Shown here in pieces: positions 7,101-11,694 of a stretch of 11,694 nucleotides of DNA. Position numbers and translations under genes: made by a program. The DNA lies in NCBI GenBank assembly GCA_040755315.1, contig JBFMBF010000031.1, positions 1 to 11,694 on the forward strand. Reading direction: 5' to 3'. Numbering within the stretch: the first letter of the stretch is position 1; the number at the start of each line of letters is the position of its first letter. The notes beneath the pieces are model-generated. The model was given only the letters and a program-made list of their open reading frames with translations, had not been told where the DNA came from and ran no database searches. The stretch comes from Candidatus Hadarchaeota archaeon. GTDB lineage: Archaea; Hadarchaeota; Hadarchaeia; Hadarchaeales; Hadarchaeaceae.

Positions 7101-10070
7101 GCCAACAAATCCGGGGAGTACGGGGCTCTTTACCTGGTTTCAAAAGAGAGGTTCGACATCTCCCAAGGCCTGGTTGTGGACGTTCAAATGACGGTTCCGA
7201 CAGACAACGCCCCAGCCGACTTCCGCAGCGAGTTCTATCTGGCGTCAGCGTTCACGACGGGCACAAACCCGCATGATTTGCCCGATTGGCTCAGGGTCTC
7301 CGCCAGCGTGGACCGAAACGGCGTCACTTGGATGCTCCAGCGAAAGCGGCTCAGCGCGGGCGTGGGCTTGGGCACGCTTTACACGAGCGGCTCCACTCAC
7401 AATCTCAGCGGAACTTGGAAAATCGCCATCAACGGCGAAAACTTCTCAGTCTGGCTTGACAACCAGCAGGTTGAAAACTGGAGGCCTCACGGGCTTCCGT
7501 TCACAAATGCTTACGTTTACCTAGCGGAGCGCACAAAGGTCGCTCCTGTTTACACAGTGAGCTTCGGCCACGTCTTGGTACAGGAGCTGGCGGACGCGAG
7601 CGCCGGAGTTGACACCACGTCGCCCCAATCATCCGTGACTCCAACGGAGCGGTACTGGCAAAACGCGGGGATGGTGCCGCTCGACGTGACGGCCACCGCA
7701 GGCGATTCTGCACCGCAGAGCAGGGCAGTGCCAAGCGGACTTGAAACAGTCACCCTCTGGTATCGTTACTCGCCAGATAATTTGGATAATGGAAAATGGT
7801 TGAGGTTCGGCATTAATGATCATGAGCCTTGGGGATGGAAGTTCGGCGCACAATGGGGCGAGGGACACTATGGGTTCATAAGCGAAGCTAGGGATGTCGC
7901 CGGAAACACTAGCCTCCCGTCAACGTTGTTAATGGCCAGATTGAGGGGAGACGGGGGGATTGATTATGTTGAAGAGGAAGGAGAATACGGCACGTATCTT
8001 CGCCCGGTGCCACACATCAGCTGGATTGAAATCGAGGGAGAAGGCGTCAGCGGATACTGGGAAAACGGCTGGCCAAGGTGGATAGACATGAATGTGCTTG
8101 GCGTGGACTTTGTCGTGAAAGCCGAGGTTGAGGAGATGTGGTCGGAAGCTCCCCTGCCATACGATTCCGTATACGAGTTTGAAGGGTTCAGCGGACGGCT
8201 ATGGCTCCCGGAGCCGGTTTTGGCTGGCGATATCGAAATACTTGCGGTGGATGGGATCATCGCGGGCATGCCCGACAACATATCCGGCGAAGTCAGAGTG
8301 ACGGTAAGGTCCGTGCACACGCTTGACGCGGAGGTGGAGATAGGCGTCGACGCGACGCCGCCGGCATCGTATGTGGATCCAATCGAGCCATACTGGCAGG
8401 TCGACACGCCTTTCACCGTGACGGCATCGATGAAGAATGCGGAAAATGTGAACGTGACGTACAAACTGGAAGAAAACACGCGCAACTTTTTCGCGCTGTT
8501 TGAAGGAGAAGTCGAGTGGACACAGCTTGCGCCAGCGCCTTTCACGGCTTTGAAGACAGGGCCGATTATTGTTGATGGGCATTGGCGCTACAGAAGCGCG
8601 GGCATATGGCGCGTCACCCCCGACGGCGGGAGAATCATAGGCAGAAACTTTGACGAGGGAGTAGATGATCGCCTGTGGGAATATGATGTGGACCGCGACC
8701 AGTGGCACTATATAGTAGACACTCAGGGATTGGGTGAGTGGAGAACCATAACAGACAACAACAGAATGTTTATCTTGGGCGTGAATGGCCATCCCAACCC
8801 GCTTTACATCTATGATTTCAGAACCCACGCGCTGCACAAGATCAATTATTCGATCCCGGAGTTTTATCAGGAGGACGGCACGTTCCGGGTGAATTATCTG
8901 CAGGGCTGGAAAGAAAAGACGGGGGAGCTGTTTGTGGGGACATTTTACGAGCGGTACAATTACTGGCAGGAAGCCAACATGGTGTACCTGCCTTGGAGGG
9001 GCGAGTGGAAGTATCGGTGGGGGCCGCTGCCTCAAGATGCTGACACAAACGTAAGCTATTTCGACGATTGGGAAAGTTCGCTGCAGAAAATAGTAACGGT
9101 AGACCGTATCATGCCGAAGGAGACCAGCGGCACAGCCAAAGTTGAACTTTATTATCGGTACTCCCCCGACAACTCCACATGGGGTGACTGGAAGATGTTT
9201 GCTTCAGACGGCGAGGCACCATACGAGTGGTCCTTCGACATACCCGCGGGTCACGGGTTCTACGAGTTCTACTCCGTGGCGATTGACGTGGCCAGCAACA
9301 TCGAGGACGCACCCGACGAGGCAGACGCCCGCTGCGCCACCCTGATACCGGCAATGATTGACATCGACCCGGACACACTGAACCTGCGAAACAACGGGGG
9401 CTGGATAACCGCGTACATTGAGCTGTTGCCCGGCTTTGACGTTTCAAAAATCAGGATTGACACAGTCGCGGTTGAGGGGGAGACCATCCTCCAGAGCGCA
9501 GTTCCAGCGGTGTCCGACCCGAAGTATGGGTTCGTGAAGGACCCAGAAATCAAGGACCGCGATGGGGACGGGCTGCCGGAGCTGATGGTAAAGTTTGACA
9601 GGGCAGCGGTGCAAGCTCTGCTAGAGGCAGGAAAAAATGTGGAAATAACAGTCATCGGCAGGTGGGGCGAGGCGCCGTTCCGCGGAAGCGACAACATCCG
9701 GGTGATCGACTTGGGCTGGGGGCAGGGAACCAGCAACGGCCACGGAAACAATCAATCACTGTCAGGCCAGTCCGGAGCGAACCAGGGGCATGGGGCGCAA
9801 GATACGCCGCCGAGACATGGTGGGCAGTCCTCCGAACAGGGCGATCAAGGGAAGGGACAAGGACCGCCTCAGACGCTACCGGGTCATGATGATCAGCCGC
9901 AAGCCCAAACAAATGGAGCGGGCAACCAAGGAAATCAGAGCCAACGTCAAAGCGACTTAAATAGGAACCAAGGCAACCAAAGTAGTCAAAACGGTCAGGA
10001 ACAGCAAGGTAATTCAAGCGGCAACCAAGGCGGCCAAGGACAGGGAAAAGTCAATGGCAAGAACAAATAA
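4179..10070 (+). CDS. Giant secreted multidomain cell-surface/adhesin-like protein, 1963 aa
   Basis: Domain order: Sec signal peptide (aa 1-27, ASA|Q); GNG/GYG repeats; acidic W/Y-rich region; SADLHVYDxxGRHVG module; Fn3/Ig-like domain (TDNTPNFDW...GHYYWRVRVVDMAGN); four Ig-like repeats (DxxxPxS...YRYSxDN...W...DxAGN) carrying inserted domains; a C-terminal domain (IDIDPDTLNL...DRDGDGLPELMVKFDR); and a Q/G/N-rich tail. It is one uninterrupted 5.9 kb ORF. Confidence 0.9.
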   Translation: MKAGPILALALVCMLVLSGGTVTLASAQDGNGGGYGNGGNGDGYGNGYDGGNGGNGYGNGNGYEPPDYSEPPEYPEQEYPELGDVWDQLQGQTEWLGDWYSQYEQYTDDYSRDWLYEKLEERAQWAVYEQDPSYHLEYQAPIQKMNSVVESLGIWQEFGWYAILDGKEVWAQFPESDIFPNIWKDLWGETTIEIIPLQTYLPSPGESPPFEYPTVGNYSIYNYLDSDGREGYEHAQEDVRLTIMEVQEEFQASFDDYYSDISNMAEAYEIDYNDLEALHLAYIGAEGPQEQEILREAYSAKAIELWNTYWELEKEAMQMGQEVKERLEYIKDVGYDLFMDALLRWDSLDVILGSSADLHVYDSLGRHVGINYETGEVETMIPDAEFMFIENIDNTLLDERVQAIYIRNPSEEAYGVEIIGTEDGSYTLITVGDIENTFVYWWKSKVSTSSEENHSYIISVSPVMLNPPDGLLATDNTPNFDWEPINKLLGKYDVQIDDDAYFSSPTIAVSLKTDNYTPVVGLADGHYYWRVRVVDMAGNPSPWSETQQFTIDTKPPASAVDQVSSFWRKEVPFYVSVTASDGLSGVESVELFYRYSNDNSSWGSWTSFGADNLAPYLWTFDAPEGDGYYQFYSVAFDHAGNAELPDLGAKATKNLLPTDDLYTSQWGTWSHAQEIGVDAYNVSYLKFDLSGLPAGSAIASAKLHLMLKAAEDGGQKAVVKIGNVENDAWSEDSFVWESRPPVGATLDNLTIQSFTGVDCGSPAWHQFEVTEFVADQFQKDAVASFALLSEEDDLIVYFVSKDGTSAYPSEYKPYLEVAYLSPLPDAWSGVDTVTPESVVGQTKSYWQNALMVPFEISAAASDPIPTNEAMPSGVKSVSLYYRYSLDNLTWGEWKLYGVDGGKPWRWEFDAPEGDGYYEFRSAASDAAGNEEAVTQRFIEHFADSLDTGTWSVGNVRVKYDNVRVLDGRLEMSARANKSGEYGALYLVSKERFDISQGLVVDVQMTVPTDNAPADFRSEFYLASAFTTGTNPHDLPDWLRVSASVDRNGVTWMLQRKRLSAGVGLGTLYTSGSTHNLSGTWKIAINGENFSVWLDNQQVENWRPHGLPFTNAYVYLAERTKVAPVYTVSFGHVLVQELADASAGVDTTSPQSSVTPTERYWQNAGMVPLDVTATAGDSAPQSRAVPSGLETVTLWYRYSPDNLDNGKWLRFGINDHEPWGWKFGAQWGEGHYGFISEARDVAGNTSLPSTLLMARLRGDGGIDYVEEEGEYGTYLRPVPHISWIEIEGEGVSGYWENGWPRWIDMNVLGVDFVVKAEVEEMWSEAPLPYDSVYEFEGFSGRLWLPEPVLAGDIEILAVDGIIAGMPDNISGEVRVTVRSVHTLDAEVEIGVDATPPASYVDPIEPYWQVDTPFTVTASMKNAENVNVTYKLEENTRNFFALFEGEVEWTQLAPAPFTALKTGPIIVDGHWRYRSAGIWRVTPDGGRIIGRNFDEGVDDRLWEYDVDRDQWHYIVDTQGLGEWRTITDNNRMFILGVNGHPNPLYIYDFRTHALHKINYSIPEFYQEDGTFRVNYLQGWKEKTGELFVGTFYERYNYWQEANMVYLPWRGEWKYRWGPLPQDADTNVSYFDDWESSLQKIVTVDRIMPKETSGTAKVELYYRYSPDNSTWGDWKMFASDGEAPYEWSFDIPAGHGFYEFYSVAIDVASNIEDAPDEADARCATLIPAMIDIDPDTLNLRNNGGWITAYIELLPGFDVSKIRIDTVAVEGETILQSAVPAVSDPKYGFVKDPEIKDRDGDGLPELMVKFDRAAVQALLEAGKNVEITVIGRWGEAPFRGSDNIRVIDLGWGQGTSNGHGNNQSLSGQSGANQGHGAQDTPPRHGGQSSEQGDQGKGQGPPQTLPGHDDQPQAQTNGAGNQGNQSQRQSDLNRNQGNQSSQNGQEQQGNSSGNQGGQGQGKVNGKNK
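4260..4370 (+). repeat. Coding low-complexity Gly-Asn/Gly-Tyr repeats (QDGNGGGYGNGGNGDGYGNGYDGGNGGNGYGNGNGYE)
   Basis: Directly visible in the translation, immediately after the predicted signal peptide cleavage site. Confidence 0.9.
5832..9341 (+). repeat. Four diverged Ig-like protein repeats starting at ~5832, 6669, 7611 and 8349
   Basis: Shared pattern: D-T/A-x-x-P-x-S-x-V, (F/Y)W, P(F/L)x(V/I)xxxAxD/S, SG, VxL(F/Y/W)YRYSxDN, W, PxxWxF, GxGxYxFxSxAxDxAxN. Confidence 0.88.
6117..6640 (+). other. DNRLRE-type (CBM96/disaggregatase-related) domain within the giant protein
   Basis: Hallmark pattern: SYLKFDLSGLPAGSAIASAKLHL, W-S-E-xx-xx-W-xx-R-P (WSEDSFVWESRP), FEVTEFV, FVSKDG and a terminal KPYLEV. 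Confidence 0.75.
9711..10067 (+). repeat. Coding Gln/Gly/Asn-rich low-complexity C-terminal tail with recurring NQG units
   Basis: ANQGHG, GNQGNQS, RNQGNQSS, GNQGGQG. The sequence aaccaagg recurs at the DNA level. There is no hydrophobic segment. Confidence 0.88.
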
Positions 10071-10141
10071 ATCCACATTGTTTGTAGTGTTTTGCAACAA
10101 ATTCATTGTAACGGCTGTCCGCCGCCGAGTTAGTGAAACTT

Positions 10142-10159
10142 TTTTAGGTGTTTTAGGTG
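10142..10159 (+). promoter_or_regulatory. Tandem 9-bp repeat (ttttaggtg x2) providing an AGGTG Shine-Dalgarno site and the GTG start of the kinase-like gene
   Basis: ttttaggtg occurs at 10142-10150 and 10151-10159. AGGTG at 10146-10150 lies 6 nt upstream of GTG 10157. Confidence 0.55.
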
Positions 10160-10175
10160 AAGAGCGAAATATTGT
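10157..10175 (+). repeat. Right copy of the 19-bp imperfect direct repeat (gtgaagagcgaaatattgt)
   Basis: 17/19 identical to 3070-3088 and also encodes MKSEIL. Confidence 0.75.
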
Positions 10176-10687
10176 GTTTAAATAGGAAGCCAAGGCTGGT
10201 CGGCAGGGGGATGTACAGGGAAGTTTACAGGTTAGGGAAGATGGTGATAAAACTGGAGAGGAACGAAAGGAGCGAGCAGGCTGCTCTGCACGCCCGGGCC
10301 GTGAAGACAGACAACCGCAACAAAACGCTGTCGGATGAGTTGAACTTCCTCCCAAAGTATCATGGGGCGGCGCTGGTGGGCGTCAAATCTGGTAAAAAGG
10401 TCAGGCCAGCGCTAGCTACCTTCCACGAGTACATCGAGCCGCTCCCGGTATTTTCCCCGCAGAACATCAAGCCGATACTGCTGCTACTCCTCGAAGCCGG
10501 GGAGAGGGGCTACATCTTGGACATAAAGCCCGGAAACTTTGGGAGGAAAGGGAAAAAACTGTACTACTTGGATGAGTACGGAGTCGGCAAAAGCCCCATC
10601 CCGCCAGATGTCATGGAAGAATTCAGCACTTTTCTCCAGTCAGCTCTGAAAATGCTCAGGCTGGACAGGCTATCCCGTAAGCGGTGA
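10157..10687 (+). CDS. Minimal protein-kinase-like (PKL fold) protein, 176 aa
   Basis: Gly-rich loop LVGRGMYREVY, beta3 lysine MVIK, hinge HEYIEP, catalytic loop ILDIKPGNF (DxxxxN) and metal-binding YYLDEYG (DFG-equivalent). Confidence 0.75.
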   Translation: MKSEILCLNRKPRLVGRGMYREVYRLGKMVIKLERNERSEQAALHARAVKTDNRNKTLSDELNFLPKYHGAALVGVKSGKKVRPALATFHEYIEPLPVFSPQNIKPILLLLLEAGERGYILDIKPGNFGRKGKKLYYLDEYGVGKSPIPPDVMEEFSTFLQSALKMLRLDRLSRKR

Positions 10688-11692
10688 GAGCTCTTTCACA
10701 ATCTGTTCAACAACTGCTGATGCTGCGCCCAAGTACTTGCTCGGGTCCATCAGCTCCTGAAGTCTCTTTGCCGGAACAATTTTGGTTACCTGCGGTTCCT
10801 TCAGAAGGACCTGGAGCAGCGTGGAGTTCTTTTCAATCGCCTTGGTTGTGCACTTCCTGAGGAGGGCGTGCGCCTCCTGACGGCTTGCCCCGCCTTTCGT
10901 GAGTTCTATCATCACCGCCTCGGCCATGTTCAGCCCCTTCATGTGTTCAAGATTGCGTTTCATGTTTTCCGAGAAGACGCGGAGTCCATCGAAAACCTTG
11001 ATGGTGGACTTGAGCATCTCGTCCGTGAGCAGGAACGATTCCGGAAGGATCACTCTCTCGCAGGCGGAGTTTGTAAGGTCGCGCTCGTGCTCCAGCACCA
11101 TGTTCTCCAGAGCCGCCCCAGCGTCCGCCCTCGCCACCCTCGCGAGGCCGCATATCTTCTCGCACCTGATGGGATTCCTCTTGTGTGGCATGGTGCTGCT
11201 GCCAACCTGCCCCTCGGCGAACGGCTCCGCCAGCTCCCCAATGTCTGTGCGCTGGAGGTTTCGGACTTCTCGAGCCATTTTTTCCAATGTTCCAGCCAAA
11301 AGTCCGAAGAATGACATTAGCTCCGCCAGTCGGTCTCTCTGCAGAATTTGGTTGGAAGCTTTTGCAGCACCCAGGCCGAGCTCTTTCATCACAATCTCCT
11401 GAATCATGATTGCTTTTTCACCCCAAGCGGCACCAGTTCCGACGGCGCCGCTCATCTTCCCGACCAAGATGCGAGGCTTCAACTGCCCAAGACGTTCGAT
11501 GTGTCGCCCCAACTCAGATGCCCAGATTGCTAGCTTAAGCCCAAGAGTCGTCGGTACCGCGTGTTGCCCGTGGGTTCTCCCAACCATGACAGTGTTTTTG
11601 TGATTTTTGGCAAGGCGGAGAATGATGCCGAGCAATTTCTTCAGGTCTCGTTCCACTATTTTCAGGGCGGCCTTGATTTGCAGGGCAGTCGC
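10670..11692 (-). CDS. purB: Adenylosuccinate lyase, 5'-truncated by the window edge
   Basis: The frame is open to the window edge (ATALQIKAALKIVERDL). Motifs: GRTHGQHAVPTT, GKMSGAVGT, QILQRDR, the fumarate-lyase-family signature GSSTMPHKRNP, and HERDLTNS. It overlaps the kinase 3' end by 18 bp. Confidence 0.95.
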   Translation of the reverse strand, partial: ATALQIKAALKIVERDLKKLLGIILRLAKNHKNTVMVGRTHGQHAVPTTLGLKLAIWASELGRHIERLGQLKPRILVGKMSGAVGTGAAWGEKAIMIQEIVMKELGLGAAKASNQILQRDRLAELMSFFGLLAGTLEKMAREVRNLQRTDIGELAEPFAEGQVGSSTMPHKRNPIRCEKICGLARVARADAGAALENMVLEHERDLTNSACERVILPESFLLTDEMLKSTIKVFDGLRVFSENMKRNLEHMKGLNMAEAVMIELTKGGASRQEAHALLRKCTTKAIEKNSTLLQVLLKEPQVTKIVPAKRLQELMDPSKYLGAASAVVEQIVKELSPLTG

Positions 11693-11694
11693 AG

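Noticed and set aside
8199..9035. 278-aa antisense ORF, and the other antisense or alternate-frame ORFs inside rad50, the giant gene and purB
   Set aside because: They lie within well-supported genes and have no recognisable motifs, as expected for shadow ORFs in GC-rich coding DNA.
10071..10110. Possible hairpin terminator after the giant gene (ttgtt...aacaa)
   Set aside because: The stem is short and needs several G-U pairs and a bulge. The T-rich tract may act as an archaeal terminator but cannot be supported from the sequence alone.
3089..10156. Calling the island an autonomous mobile element (provirus, IS or casposon)
   Set aside because: No integrase, transposase, replication or capsid gene and no terminal inverted repeats were seen. 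Only the flanking direct repeat and the composition shift support an insertion.
10211..10213. ATG 10211 as an alternative kinase start
   Set aside because: It would cut off the Gly-rich loop (LVGRG). GTG 10157 has an SD-like AGGTG upstream.
10670..10687. 18-bp convergent overlap of the kinase and purB 3' ends
   Set aside because: Short tail-to-tail overlaps are common in compact archaeal genomes and are not notable on their own.

Overview
Archaeal-type genomic window. The + strand carries the 3' part of mre11 (GHIH motif), coupled by an ATGA overlap to a complete 800-aa rad50 (Walker A, CPVC zinc hook, SGGE signature, DEPT). At the right end are a 176-aa minimal protein-kinase-like ORF and the convergent 3' part of purB. 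Between rad50 and the kinase lies a ~7.1 kb accessory block with three ORFs: a 64-aa chimeric G/N-rich ORF, an AT-rich single-pass membrane protein gene on the - strand, and a 1963-aa secreted multidomain protein. Three observations stand out. (1) The block is bracketed by a 19-bp imperfect direct repeat (3070-3088 and 10157-10175) that encodes MKSEIL at both ends, suggesting rad50 was once GTGA-coupled to the kinase and the block inserted into the kinase 5' end. (2) A second, nested direct repeat copies the signal-peptide/GNG region of the giant gene, so a ~1.1 kb deletion would fuse that gene in frame to the rad50-coupled start. (3) The giant protein has four Ig-like scaffold repeats, each with a different passenger domain inserted into one of its loops. 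No integrase, transposase, CRISPR array or RNA gene was seen. All family calls come from recognising motifs by eye, not from database searches.
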